64,000 nucleotides of DNA from Oscillospiraceae bacterium (lineage in GTDB: Bacteria; Bacillota; Clostridia; WRLR01). The notes under the pieces are model-generated. The model made no database searches and was not told the DNA's origin. It saw nothing but the letters and a program-made list of their open reading frames with translations. This document shows, one piece after another, positions 39,330 to 49,873 of the stretch. A program made the translations under genes and the position numbers. The DNA is taken from the NCBI GenBank assembly GCA_009777515.1, contig WRLR01000005.1, positions 2,277 to 66,276 of the forward strand, in the 5' to 3' direction. Each line of letters begins with the position of its first letter. The stretch's first letter is position 1.

Positions 39330-40304
39330 TTAAAACAACCCGCCGTTGTCAAAAAACTTATTAGCGACAAAGTTCGTAATAAGTACAAGTATCGCCGCTA
39401 TTACCGACTGATAAAATCCGCCAGCCGACGCCATGCCTATATCGCCAAGTTGTCTGAGACTCCTATATATAAATGTATTCAACACGTCTGAGGTAGGAAA
39501 TAGAAGCGCATTGTCACCTATGACCCCATAAAAGAAACCGAAATCAGCATTCAGAATCCTGCCCACCGCTAACAGGTTAAGGGTGAGTATCGTTGGTAAC
39601 AACATTGGTAGGCTAATATAGTAAGCCATATGCAATCTGTTGGCGCCGTCTATCCTCGCCGCCTCGTAGTAGGATGGGTCGATGCCCGCAAGACTTGCAA
39701 GGTATAGCACGGAATTATAGCCACCCATTTTCCATACATGGATTATAGCCAGAATAAAAGGCCAGACTTCTGGCGTCGAATACCATGGGATTTTTTCGCG
39801 CCCCATATTGACAAGGATACGATTCAACGCGCCTGCGGACTCGGAGAATAAGGAGTAGCAGAACACGCTGACTATGATCCATGAGACAAAATATGGAAGG
39901 AAGCTGATGGACTGTGCAGTGCGTTTGAAAATTCGGATTTTAATTTCGTTTAGGGACAGCGAAAACAATAATGCGAAAATAGTCCCCACCACCATAAACA
40001 TAAAATTTAATGTCAATGTATTCATGGTAGTGCGATAAGTGTTGGGGTTGCGGAAAAGATAAATGAAGTTATTATACCAGGGGTCTGCTATCGGGCTACC
40101 AATAATGCCCTGCCTGTGGTTATAATTTTTGAAAGCGATGATAATGCCGAACATCGGCAGATAATTAAAAAGAAAAAACAATGCGATGCCGGGAAGTGCC
40201 ATCAGATAGACAAAGCCATATCTTCTTACTTCATCATAAACCTGCCTTGGAATTGTACGTTTTTTTCCCTGGCTGCTTTTTTGTGACGAAGCTATCGACG
40301 ACAT
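39330..40304 (-). CDS. Carbohydrate ABC transporter permease (LplB-like)
   Basis: 'YLPMFGIIIAFK', 'FLPYFVSW', 'YYEAARIDGA'; start placed behind GAAGGG. Confidence 0.95.
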   Translation of the reverse strand: MSSIASSQKSSQGKKRTIPRQVYDEVRRYGFVYLMALPGIALFFLFNYLPMFGIIIAFKNYNHRQGIIGSPIADPWYNNFIYLFRNPNTYRTTMNTLTLNFMFMVVGTIFALLFSLSLNEIKIRIFKRTAQSISFLPYFVSWIIVSVFCYSLFSESAGALNRILVNMGREKIPWYSTPEVWPFILAIIHVWKMGGYNSVLYLASLAGIDPSYYEAARIDGANRLHMAYYISLPMLLPTILTLNLLAVGRILNADFGFFYGVIGDNALLFPTSDVLNTFIYRSLRQLGDIGMASAGGFYQSVIAAILVLITNFVANKFFDNGGLF

Positions 40305-40562
40305 CGGCAAATCCCTTCTTATTAAAATATTATTCCAAAGTAGCCAAAGCGTCGCAGTTAGGGTGTACAACATAGCATTACGCACATCGTTGATAAAGTA
40401 TAACCTATTCATCTGTTGCATACAAGATAAAAATAATTAGTCATATATACATATAACCACATTTAAGCATTTAACCCATTAACCGTATTAACTGCATTGC
40501 CAGGTCGTGTCGCATTGTACACCGGGTATGTCCATGTTATAATTTTGAACAGGGGTTGATCT

Positions 40563-41591
40563 GTGACAGCCGAAAATATTTATTTGTATCTGTTTTTGGT
40601 CGGCGTCTTTTTCACCGTCGGCAATTTAGCGATCAGCGGGGTCAGCCACCTGTTTGGCGGGCTGGGCGGCGGCGCGGAAACCGACGGCTCGGGCGCTATT
40701 GAAATGGACGGTGGCGGCGCGGAACTCGGTGATGCCGGAGGTATTGACGGCGGTGGCGGTTTTGATGGCGCCGGTGGCATTGACGGCGGCGGTGGCTTCG
40801 ATGGCGCCGGTGGCGGACTCGATGGTTCTGGTGGTTTTGATGGCGCCGGTGGCGGTAGTGGCGGAAGCTTTGATGGGCTGGAGACAGGCGCGGGGCAGGC
40901 TGCCGACATGGGGTTCGACAGCGGCGATGGCATCGATATCGGCGCAGCGGCGGTTAATCTAGGGGTCACTACAGATATCAGCTTAGACGCCGACGGCGCT
41001 CCCGATTTGGACATGCCTGTCAACGCCTTGCGGGGCGCGGGCACGCAGCCGGGCGGGCATCATGGCGCGCACGACGGCGACAGCGCCGGCGACGGGGCCG
41101 GCAAAGGTGCGCTGGTCTCCGAGAGAAGGGGCTATGGCGGCGCAAAACAATCTGCCGGTGGGTTCAACCTACTGTCATTTATGACGGCGTGGCTGCCGAT
41201 TCGGCCTACTGCACTTATCTGCTTTTCCACGGTTACGGGCGGCCTCGGCTCTATTTTTCTCCGGCTGGGATGGGCGGACATTTTGACGCACGTGTGTTCC
41301 ATCGCCTCCGGCTATGGTTTGTCCATGCTGTTGGGCGTCGCGCTCCCCAAGAAATTGAGACGCGCGCAAAATACGAGCGCCGCCGAGCGCTACGAGCTGA
41401 TCGGGCTGCCGGCGCAGGTCACGTCCGCCATAGTCGAAGGCGGATTCGGCAGGATTGCCTATGTCGTCAGGGACAATGCCCAAAGCGCCCCGGCGCGGCA
41501 CATCGACGGCAAAAGGGTGCCACAGGGCGCGCGCGTCGTGATATGCGAAATCAAAAGCAATGTATTCTATGTGACCGAGTTGAATATTTAA
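40563..41591 (+). CDS. NfeD-like (YqiJ-type) flotillin partner with Gly/Asp-rich insert
   Basis: N-terminal TM, GGFDGAG repeats, two TMs, OB-fold-like 'LIGLPAQVTSAI..GFGRI'; precedes flotillin. Confidence 0.8.
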   Translation: MTAENIYLYLFLVGVFFTVGNLAISGVSHLFGGLGGGAETDGSGAIEMDGGGAELGDAGGIDGGGGFDGAGGIDGGGGFDGAGGGLDGSGGFDGAGGGSGGSFDGLETGAGQAADMGFDSGDGIDIGAAAVNLGVTTDISLDADGAPDLDMPVNALRGAGTQPGGHHGAHDGDSAGDGAGKGALVSERRGYGGAKQSAGGFNLLSFMTAWLPIRPTALICFSTVTGGLGSIFLRLGWADILTHVCSIASGYGLSMLLGVALPKKLRRAQNTSAAERYELIGLPAQVTSAIVEGGFGRIAYVVRDNAQSAPARHIDGKRVPQGARVVICEIKSNVFYVTELNI

Positions 41592-41600
41592 AAGGGGGTT

Positions 41601-43136
41601 ATGAAAATGCCTGAAGTTATTTTTTTCGCAGGGGTGACAGTGTGCGTACTGCTGGCGGTACTGCTCGGCATTACGGCGATGTGGAAGAAAGTGCCGCAGG
41701 ACAAGGCGCTTGTGATAACGGGCTTGAAGAAGCGGGTGCTCACGGGCGGCGGCGGGTTGATGGTGCCGATGTTTGAGCGCTCCGACCGGATTTCGCTGGA
41801 GAACATGAAGATCGAGGTCCGGATCGACGGGGCTTTGACGGAGCAGGGCGTCGAAATATATGTGGACGGCGTATCGGTCGTCAAGGTCAAGTCCGACGCC
41901 ATATCCATCCTGCAGGCGATGGAGCAATTCAACACCGGCCACGAGGCACGGACAATCGACGCGGTCAAGAACACGGTACGCGACGTGCTGGAAGGCAAGC
42001 TCCGCGAAATCATTTCTAAACTCACCGTCGAAGAAATTTACAAAGACCGCGAAAAGTTCGCGTCGGAGGTCGAGTCCACGGCGTCCGTATCGCTCGCTGA
42101 AATGGGGCTGGAGATCAAGGTGTTCACCATCAGGGACATCTCCGACAAGAACAATTACCTGGAGTCCCTCGGCAAGCGGCAAATCGCATATGTAAAAAAA
42201 GAGGCGTCCATCGCCGAAGCCGAAGCTATGAAGGAGTCGACCATCCGCACGACGATAGCCAGGCGAGAGGGCGAGGAGGCCAAGCTGCTGGCCCAGACCC
42301 AGATAGCCGAAGCCGAAAAGGAGAAGGAGCTCAAAGTCCAGTCTTACCGGCGCGAACAGGAAGTCGCGCGCGCCGTGGCCGACAACGCGTATGAAATTGA
42401 GGCGAACCGGGTCCGCAAGGAAGTTACGGAAACGGCGATGCAGGTCGAGATCATCAAAAAGCAGAAGGAGATAGACCTCGCGCAGCAGGAGGCCATGCGC
42501 ACCGAGCAGGAGCTGGAGGCGACGGTGAAGAAGCAGGCGGACGCCGATCTGTATAAGAGCCAGCAATCGGCAGAGGCGCAGAAGTTCCGCGAAATCAGGG
42601 ACGCAGAGGCGCGTGCGCAGTCTATAGATTTGGAAAGCCGGGCGAAGGCGGAAGCGTCCAAGATTCAAGTGCTGGCCGAAGCCGAGGCGCGCGCGCAGGC
42701 GATATCGCTGGAAGGTAAGGCAAAGGCCGAAACAGCCAGGCTGCAGGGCATGGCCGAGGTCGATATCATACGCGAAAAGGGCGTGGCGGAAGCCAATGCG
42801 ATGTCGAAAAAGGCCGAGGCGTACAAAATGTACAACGACGCGGCTGTGACGCAGATGATCATCGAGCGCTTGCCTGATATCGCAAGCTCGGTCGCGGCCC
42901 CGCTCGCGAAGACGGAGAAGATCGTCATCGTGGACAACGGCGGCGGCGGGGGCGGCAGCGGCTCGCCATCGGGTGCGGCAAAGGTCACAGGCTATGTGAC
43001 CGACATAATCAGCCAACTGCCCGAAACGATGAAGGCGCTGACAGGCATAGAGCTCACAGAGGTACTGAAGGCCAGGCTGTCCGGCGCGGCCGGTGGTGAC
43101 GGCGGCGCGCCTGTTTCAAACGTAATAGATGCATGA
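41601..43136 (+). CDS. Flotillin/SPFH family protein
   Basis: 'ALVITG', 'VLEGKLREII', AEA coiled-coil repeats, 'APLAKTEKIVIVD'. Confidence 0.95.
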   Translation: MKMPEVIFFAGVTVCVLLAVLLGITAMWKKVPQDKALVITGLKKRVLTGGGGLMVPMFERSDRISLENMKIEVRIDGALTEQGVEIYVDGVSVVKVKSDAISILQAMEQFNTGHEARTIDAVKNTVRDVLEGKLREIISKLTVEEIYKDREKFASEVESTASVSLAEMGLEIKVFTIRDISDKNNYLESLGKRQIAYVKKEASIAEAEAMKESTIRTTIARREGEEAKLLAQTQIAEAEKEKELKVQSYRREQEVARAVADNAYEIEANRVRKEVTETAMQVEIIKKQKEIDLAQQEAMRTEQELEATVKKQADADLYKSQQSAEAQKFREIRDAEARAQSIDLESRAKAEASKIQVLAEAEARAQAISLEGKAKAETARLQGMAEVDIIREKGVAEANAMSKKAEAYKMYNDAAVTQMIIERLPDIASSVAAPLAKTEKIVIVDNGGGGGGSGSPSGAAKVTGYVTDIISQLPETMKALTGIELTEVLKARLSGAAGGDGGAPVSNVIDA

Positions 43137-46100
43137 CAACGCACAGTATATAGGCGAAAATGGCGGCGATGCAGAACTGGATGCATCGGCCACCGAGCCC
43201 GGCGATGATGCTGACACCGAAGCAGCAGTGGACGAAAACAAAGCGGGGCGCTTTTTATGGCCCGCTTTCGCTTTTGCCGTCCCGTTTGCGATCCATGCTA
43301 TTGCATTTGCCATAATCAACATCTCCCCGTTCGGGGCGCGGACAAGGAGCATGATGGTCATTGATAATTTCCATCAATACTCCCCGTTCCTCATCGAGTT
43401 CCGAGACATCTTAAAAAACGGCGGCAGCATGCTATATTCGTGGAATAGCGGGCTGGGTTCTAACTATTGGGCGCGCTACGCATATTACTTAGCTAGCCCG
43501 CTAAATCTACTGTTCGTATTCTTCCCCGCAAGGCTGCTGCCCGAATTTATCGTAATACTGTCCCTATTACGCACCGGTTTCGCGGGCTTAGCGTTTTTTA
43601 TATATGCGCGCGAAAAATTCCAAAAGAACATCGGCGCCGAAGGGGTCGCCTTTGCCACGATGTACGCGGTATCGGCCCATACGCTGGCATATTATTGGAA
43701 CATCATGTGGTTCGACTGCATCGCGCTGCTGCCGCTGATAGTCCTCGGCGTGGAGCGGCTCGCGCGGGGGCGGCGCGGCATCCTGTACTGCATTACCCTC
43801 GCCATCGCGATGTATTCTAACTATTATATCGCTCTGATCATCTGTATATTTGTCTGTGTATATTACATCGCCTATACCGCCGCCGAAGCCGCCGCCACAT
43901 TTAAAGGCATTGTGCGCAACGCGGCTCGGTTCGCTTTATATTCCGTACTGTCGGCTGGTATCGCCTCGATTATCCTGCTGCCCACATGGTCGGCGCTCGC
44001 CGTATCGCAGTCCGCCGGCGCGAAGTTTCCCGCCCGCTTCGAATTCTATTATAACGCGTTGGAGATATTGTCCGGACATTTGTTTAATGTAGCTCCGTCC
44101 GTCATGTCCGGTAAGCCGAACCTATACTGCGGCATTACGGTGCTTATCCTGGTTCCGCTATATTTCCTAAACAGAAAGTTTCCCATCAGGGAGAAGGTTG
44201 CATACGGTTCACTGCTCGCGTTCATCATGCTGAGTTGCAATATTAATTATTTGAATTTCATATGGCACGGGTTGCATTTTCCCAACTCCCTGCCGTACCG
44301 GTTCACATTTGCTTATATTTTTGTCGTTGTGGCATTGAGTCTCAAGGCCTTTTTGAACATGGACGGCGTTTCGCGGCGCGCGGTCTTTATAACCGCAATA
44401 GCGGTGGGTGCGTATATGTTGGCGTTGGAAAAAACCACGCCGGACATCGCCGTACCGGAAGTGCTCTACCCGTCGCTTGCGCTGCTCGCTTTGTATGCCG
44501 CCGTGATCGGGTGGGGTATGTCTGCTTCGCAGCCACTGTCTGTTTCACAGCCACTGTCTGTTTCGCAGCCACTGTCTGTTTCACAGCCACTGTCTGTTTC
44601 GCAGCCACTGTCTGTTTCACAGCCATCGCTTGCGAAGATCCGGCTGGGGGCACAGGCTGCGACTATTGCCATGCTGCTTTTGACGACAGTCGATATCACC
44701 GTAAACGCCGGATTCGGCATAAGCGCAGCGGGCGCCGGACAGCGCGACAACTATATGGATAATATTGACGAAGTCCGGGCAGCGGTTTCGGCGGTTTCGG
44801 CGGTTTCGGCGTTAACAACGGCGCCTACGGCAGCAATGGCGCCTGTTGTTTCGATACCTAGTAATCCACTCGACTCTAACGATGCGCTCGCACCGGGCAG
44901 TTCGCAAACGCCGGACAGTTCGCAAACGCCGGGCGGCGCCGATTTTTTCAGGATGGAGTTCCTCAAAGACACGGTTTCCAACACTCCGTCGCTGTACGAC
45001 TACAAAGGCGCGTCATATTTTTCCTCAACTGCTGTCCTTAAAGTGACCGACCTGATGGGGAAACTGGGCTTCCGCCCGTCGTCTGCATGGTATATATATA
45101 AAGGCTCCACGCCCGTGATCAACTCGATGCTTTCGATGCGGTACCTTTTAAGCAAGGAAGACATATACGACAACCCGCTGTATCCCCATATCAGCGAGCT
45201 GAACGGCATCAATGTATACGAAAATCCATACGCGCTCCCGCTGGGCTTCTTTGCTGACCGGGACGTCCTGTCCGTCAGCATTAAGCAGGCCAATATATTT
45301 TCGATCCAAAACGATTTACTTATTCGCGCCGCAGGCGGTCGCCAGTCCTCTACCGTAACCCCTGCGAACACCAGCGCCGACAGGCTCCGCGATGTTTTGT
45401 ACCCGGTCACAATAACGCACAAAGAATCCAAGAACGCCGAAATAACCAGCCGCTCGGGCAATTTATACCACTTTCGCGTGCACGACACCGCCGAACCGGC
45501 ATTTATCAACTTTACCATAGACAGCGCCAATATCAGCAGCAGCGAAAACAGAGCCGCTCCAATAACCACCGCCCCTGTCACCGCTACTGGTACCGCCCTT
45601 GCTACCGCATCTGCCCCCACCGCCAACACCTCCCCCACCACTGCCTCCACCTCCGCACCCGCCCCCCAGCGCCAGCGCCCGCTCTACCTCTACATGCAAT
45701 CGCGGCAGATCGACTACATGTGGTACATTAAAGGCAACCAGTCGGAGGGGCACAGCATAAAAAACTACCCCTACATCATCGACATGCAATACTTCGGCGA
45801 CGCGGATATAATCGAAATCAGCCTGAAGATCGAGGAACACGCCTCCGGGGACTTTGAGATGTACGCCAGTTACTTTGACGAAGCCGCGTTCGCTGACGCT
45901 ATCGCAATATTAAACTCGCGCCCCTACGAAATTGATACGTTTTCCGACACGCGTATAACAGGGACTATTACAACCGAAAAACCGGGCGTGTTGTTCACGT
46001 CCATACCGTTCGATCGCGGCTGGAGCGTACGGCTGAACGGGGAAAAGCTCCCACCAGACGACATCGAGATGTTCGGGGAAGGCTTCATCGTAGTAAGCAT

Positions 46101-46260
46101 CGACAGCGCCGGCACGCACGCAATTGAGTTTTCATACGCACCCGAAAATTTCTACGCGGGCCTTGCCATATCGCTGGCCAGCCTCGCGCTGCTCTGCGCC
46201 CTCGCCATTGTCGGCGCCAAACGGCGCCCACCGCCATTAAATCAATTAACCAATCAATAA
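43129..46260 (+). CDS. YfhO family membrane protein (GT-C glycosyltransferase-like)
   Basis: 'DNFHQYSPF', 'YYLASPLN', 'NIMWFD', 'PNSLPYRF', 'SIPFDRGWSVRLNG'. Confidence 0.92.
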   Translation: MHDNAQYIGENGGDAELDASATEPGDDADTEAAVDENKAGRFLWPAFAFAVPFAIHAIAFAIINISPFGARTRSMMVIDNFHQYSPFLIEFRDILKNGGSMLYSWNSGLGSNYWARYAYYLASPLNLLFVFFPARLLPEFIVILSLLRTGFAGLAFFIYAREKFQKNIGAEGVAFATMYAVSAHTLAYYWNIMWFDCIALLPLIVLGVERLARGRRGILYCITLAIAMYSNYYIALIICIFVCVYYIAYTAAEAAATFKGIVRNAARFALYSVLSAGIASIILLPTWSALAVSQSAGAKFPARFEFYYNALEILSGHLFNVAPSVMSGKPNLYCGITVLILVPLYFLNRKFPIREKVAYGSLLAFIMLSCNINYLNFIWHGLHFPNSLPYRFTFAYIFVVVALSLKAFLNMDGVSRRAVFITAIAVGAYMLALEKTTPDIAVPEVLYPSLALLALYAAVIGWGMSASQPLSVSQPLSVSQPLSVSQPLSVSQPLSVSQPSLAKIRLGAQAATIAMLLLTTVDITVNAGFGISAAGAGQRDNYMDNIDEVRAAVSAVSAVSALTTAPTAAMAPVVSIPSNPLDSNDALAPGSSQTPDSSQTPGGADFFRMEFLKDTVSNTPSLYDYKGASYFSSTAVLKVTDLMGKLGFRPSSAWYIYKGSTPVINSMLSMRYLLSKEDIYDNPLYPHISELNGINVYENPYALPLGFFADRDVLSVSIKQANIFSIQNDLLIRAAGGRQSSTVTPANTSADRLRDVLYPVTITHKESKNAEITSRSGNLYHFRVHDTAEPAFINFTIDSANISSSENRAAPITTAPVTATGTALATASAPTANTSPTTASTSAPAPQRQRPLYLYMQSRQIDYMWYIKGNQSEGHSIKNYPYIIDMQYFGDADIIEISLKIEEHASGDFEMYASYFDEAAFADAIAILNSRPYEIDTFSDTRITGTITTEKPGVLFTSIPFDRGWSVRLNGEKLPPDDIEMFGEGFIVVSIDSAGTHAIEFSYAPENFYAGLAISLASLALLCALAIVGAKRRPPPLNQLTNQ
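44521..44625 (+). repeat. 18-bp in-frame tandem repeat (SVSQPL x~6)
   Basis: tctgtttcrcagccactg near-perfect units. Confidence 0.9.
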
Positions 46261-46316
46261 TATTTGAAATACCGATTATGGGCAGGCTTGAAAATTTATA
46301 GAAGGAATTTAATTAA

Positions 46317-46664
46317 ATGTTCAACGAAATTTGTATTTACGAAGCGAAGATTGACAAACAGGATGAAATAGAAGCTCTGATGAGGGAAGTCGCCGAGTTC
46401 TACATCGCCCAGCCGGGCGTGATCGATGTCAAGTACATCAAGCGCACGCACCGCCAAAAGGACTTCAACGCGGTAAAAGCGGGGGAGCCGCCGATCCGAT
46501 TGACCCGGCAGGTCGGCAAGGTGACATATATGCTGTACCTGGTGGTCGAGGACGAGGAAGCCCACGCTCGGCTATATAAACCAGCGCTCGAAATGTTCTA
46601 TAAACGCTGGAACCGGTGCCTGACTACAATGCCTAAAATACTGCTAGGCGAAAATATAGTATGA
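46317..46664 (+). CDS. Small hypothetical protein, possible ABM-like dimeric alpha/beta barrel
   Basis: 'FYIAQPGVIDV...EDEEAH' pattern; AAGGA RBS. Confidence 0.6.
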   Translation: MFNEICIYEAKIDKQDEIEALMREVAEFYIAQPGVIDVKYIKRTHRQKDFNAVKAGEPPIRLTRQVGKVTYMLYLVVEDEEAHARLYKPALEMFYKRWNRCLTTMPKILLGENIV

Positions 46665-46680
46665 AGCGGAACAAATAATT

Positions 46681-47313
46681 ATGATTGAAAGATTAGCTTG
46701 TCGCCTTGGACGCAATGACGAGGCGCCAAATATTGAATTGGCCGAATATCTATGCCTAAACAATGACACTGTTGGCATAGAAGAGATTGTCGGCGGCATC
46801 AGGGGCAAAGACAATGCCGTCGCCAATGACTGCATCAAGGTACTATATGAAATAGGCGAAAGGAAGCCGGAGCTGATCGCGGCATATGCGAACGATATCA
46901 TTTCATGCCTGCGCTCAAAAAACAACAGGTTGGTATGGGGCGGCATGACGGCGCTGGCAAAAATCGTGGATATTGCCGCAGCGCCGATTTACGCTAGACT
47001 AACGGATATCCTGGCCGCATATGAGACCGGTAGCGTCATCACCGTCGACAACAGCATCAGCGTGTTCGCTGGTTTGTGCAAAGCAAACGAAAGTTACTCC
47101 GCTATATTGCTCCCGGTGCTGATTCGGCACTTTCATGATTGCAAGCCCAAAGAGGTAGCCCAGCACGCCGAAAGGGCGTCTGTGTGCTTTAACAATACAA
47201 ACGCAGGAGATTTTATTGCTGTTTTGGAAACGCGGAAGCCCCATTTGACACCGGCAAGCCGGGCCCGCATAGAAAAGATGATAAAAAAACTGCGCCATGA
47301 CCGGCTCATGTGA
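46681..47313 (+). CDS. Conserved hypothetical HEAT/ARM-like protein
   Basis: 'LGRNDEAPNIELA', 'DCIKVLYEIG', 'NNRLVWGGMTAL'. Confidence 0.7.
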   Translation: MIERLACRLGRNDEAPNIELAEYLCLNNDTVGIEEIVGGIRGKDNAVANDCIKVLYEIGERKPELIAAYANDIISCLRSKNNRLVWGGMTALAKIVDIAAAPIYARLTDILAAYETGSVITVDNSISVFAGLCKANESYSAILLPVLIRHFHDCKPKEVAQHAERASVCFNNTNAGDFIAVLETRKPHLTPASRARIEKMIKKLRHDRLM

Positions 47314-47377
47314 ATAAATAAATTGACTTTATGCATGTAATATGTAATATTATATGCAGCACTGATTGAGGCTATGC

Positions 47378-48424
47378 ATGAAACAATTTGATTATTCATT
47401 TTTGGAAAAAGGCTTGCTACCGGCCAGCCTTGTGAATGTGGTGGGCGCCATTGCTGATCTGCGTGCGCGTGAGAGCCGGTTGAAAGAGCAATATCCGGAT
47501 GTATTCACACGGCTTGAAAGCATCGCGAAGGTACAGTCCGTCATAGGATCGAATGCCATAGAGGGGATCGTCACCAGCGATCAGCGCGTCAATGAGATCG
47601 TCAACCAAAACAGCGCGCCGCAAAATCACAACGAAGCGGAGATCGCCGGATACCGCGACGCTTTGAATTTGATACACGAAAACCATGACAGCCTCGACAT
47701 CCGCGAACGCGATATCCTCAGGCTGCATGAAATTATGCTGTCATACGCACCTGTGGGCGGTGGCGCATATAAACTGAACGACAATGTCATTATAGAGGTA
47801 GACGCGGCCGGCCAGCGGCGGGTGCGATTCGCACCAACCCCGGCTAATGAAACTGCCTCTGCGATGGAGCAGCTCATCCTTGCGTACATGGACGCGAGAA
47901 GCAACTACAACATAAACCAGCTATTGCTGATCCCGTGCTTTATCCTCGACTTTCTATGCATCCACCCATTTGCGGATGGCAACGGGCGGGTGAGCCGCTT
48001 GCTATCCCTGCTTTTGCTCTACAAAAATAATTATCAAGCGGGAAAATATATATCATTCGAGGAACAAATTAATAAAGGCAAATGGGAATATTACGAAGCC
48101 CTGCGCCTATCTTCCGATGGCTGGCATCATAACGCAAACAGCTACATCCCGTTCATAAAAAACTTTGCCGCCACATTGCTGTACTGCTACAAAGAGCTTG
48201 ACAAGCGGTTTGGCGTCGTTCACGCTAAAAAGCTTAGCAAGCGGGAGCGCGTTGAAGCAACTGTGCTGAATAGCCTCCTGCCGATCTCTAAACAGGAAAT
48301 AAGCTATATCCTGCCCGACGTCAGCCCAACGACCGTAGAGGCGGCTCTGGCCGCTATGGTCAGGAACGGAGAGGTAGATAAAGTAGGAAGCGGAAAAAAT
48401 ACCAAATATATCAAGCGAGTATGA
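47378..48424 (+). CDS. Fic family protein
   Basis: Canonical HPFADGNGRVSR motif; 'SNAIEG'. Confidence 0.95.
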   Translation: MKQFDYSFLEKGLLPASLVNVVGAIADLRARESRLKEQYPDVFTRLESIAKVQSVIGSNAIEGIVTSDQRVNEIVNQNSAPQNHNEAEIAGYRDALNLIHENHDSLDIRERDILRLHEIMLSYAPVGGGAYKLNDNVIIEVDAAGQRRVRFAPTPANETASAMEQLILAYMDARSNYNINQLLLIPCFILDFLCIHPFADGNGRVSRLLSLLLLYKNNYQAGKYISFEEQINKGKWEYYEALRLSSDGWHHNANSYIPFIKNFAATLLYCYKELDKRFGVVHAKKLSKRERVEATVLNSLLPISKQEISYILPDVSPTTVEAALAAMVRNGEVDKVGSGKNTKYIKRV

Positions 48425-48652
48425 AAACCCAAAACCGGAAAATCAGTAATACCTAGCTGTTTTCTTAATTTATCACCTATTCATTGTTAAAACATATGTT
48501 TCTGACAGTCTTCTTTATAAATAAATTACTGTTTCATTAACGTTAAAGTCAAGAGACATAAAAAAATACAGGGAGCAGTTTTTTGGGCCATCCCCTGTGT
48601 TTTTTCCTGTGTTATCTTAAATTATTATTCAATCAAAATCATGTAAAATTAT

Positions 48653-49735
48653 TCAATCATATGCATGCTCTTTTGCCAAAATCTTTTCGAACTGTTCTAT
48701 GGCTTCCATGTCTTTTTGCATGGCGCAGCGGCCTTCGTCGGCGAGTAGCTTGCGGGCGGCGGGGTCGCGGAACTTTTCGAGCCCCTCCCCCTCAAAGGCA
48801 AACCCTTGCGACCACAAGAAGCCACCGTATTTGGAACATTCATCGAGAGCGGCGGCTGCAGCGTCAAGCTCGCTGCGCCATTCGGGGTATTTTTCGGCCA
48901 GCGCGCGGTAGTAGTCCAGCGCGGCGTGGCGTTCCCATATCTGGCAAAGGCCGTCGCAGTATACGCCTATCCGAAGATAAACGCTGTCCATGCCGGGCTT
49001 GTCATCCACTAAAGGCAAGCCGGATAAGTCTTCATGCTCCAACATGTAAAGGTATGCCTCCCACGCGGCTTTGCCTGACGAAATGATTCCCCTGATTTTA
49101 TCGGTCCTACAGGCGCGGGCGGTGATCAGTTTTAGTTGGTCAAGCACGCGTTGGCGCTCGGGGATAGGTTCTGACCGTTCTTTCAACACGATGTAATCGA
49201 GAATATCGTTCTGCCAATTATCGTGCGCGAGTGTTTCGACGTCCCTATGACCGCTGTTTTCGCCCACTCCGTCGACCGCTTCTTTGCATACGATTACATC
49301 GCCGTCGTCCTCGTAGCCGATTATTATGTTATATCTGTGGTTGCTTGCGCGTCTGGACAGCACAGGGTAGCCTTTGTCTATGCTTTCTGTGATATCGCGC
49401 TTGATTGCCTCACCGTCGGTGTTCATCATGTTTCCGTCTTTGTCGCGGTTTACGACTATATATTTGGCCGACCAGCCTATTGTTTTAATCAACCGCAGCT
49501 CTTCCTCAAATGGCGTTTCGTTGTTGTTTCCGAAGCATTCGCAGCCTCTCGACCCCACCCAGTCGCCTTCAATCCAGCAAAAATGGTTTGCCATGCCGCT
49601 GTAAAACGCAAGCTCGGATCTGTCCATTTGTGTGCCGGCGATGCCAAATGTCGCCGCCAATAGGTTGACGCCGAAGTCGGTTTCATTGCCGTCGTAAACG
49701 ATTTCCGGTATGTTGGGTATCATCCTTCTGTTCAT
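48653..49735 (-). CDS. Hypothetical protein resembling the C-terminal region of the MerR fusion (BtrH/papain-like fold suspected)
   Basis: 'ESIDKGYPVL', 'IIIGYEDDG', 'LEKFRDPAARK'; AAGGA RBS. Confidence 0.7.
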   Translation of the reverse strand: MNRRMIPNIPEIVYDGNETDFGVNLLAATFGIAGTQMDRSELAFYSGMANHFCWIEGDWVGSRGCECFGNNNETPFEEELRLIKTIGWSAKYIVVNRDKDGNMMNTDGEAIKRDITESIDKGYPVLSRRASNHRYNIIIGYEDDGDVIVCKEAVDGVGENSGHRDVETLAHDNWQNDILDYIVLKERSEPIPERQRVLDQLKLITARACRTDKIRGIISSGKAAWEAYLYMLEHEDLSGLPLVDDKPGMDSVYLRIGVYCDGLCQIWERHAALDYYRALAEKYPEWRSELDAAAAALDECSKYGGFLWSQGFAFEGEGLEKFRDPAARKLLADEGRCAMQKDMEAIEQFEKILAKEHAYD

Positions 49736-49873
49736 GTCGAAACTTCCTTTTTCGGGTAAATTTGTCCAAGAAGACACAGGGAAATACAGGGGCGGTTTTG
49801 CTAGGGGACAAACTCAGGGGAGCGGATCAAGAGAACCGTCCCCGTGATACAAGAAAATCGTCCCAGTGATACA

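Noticed and set aside
41175-43016. 613-aa minus-strand ORF
   Set aside because: Antisense shadow of the GC-rich flotillin/NfeD genes; no recognisable motifs
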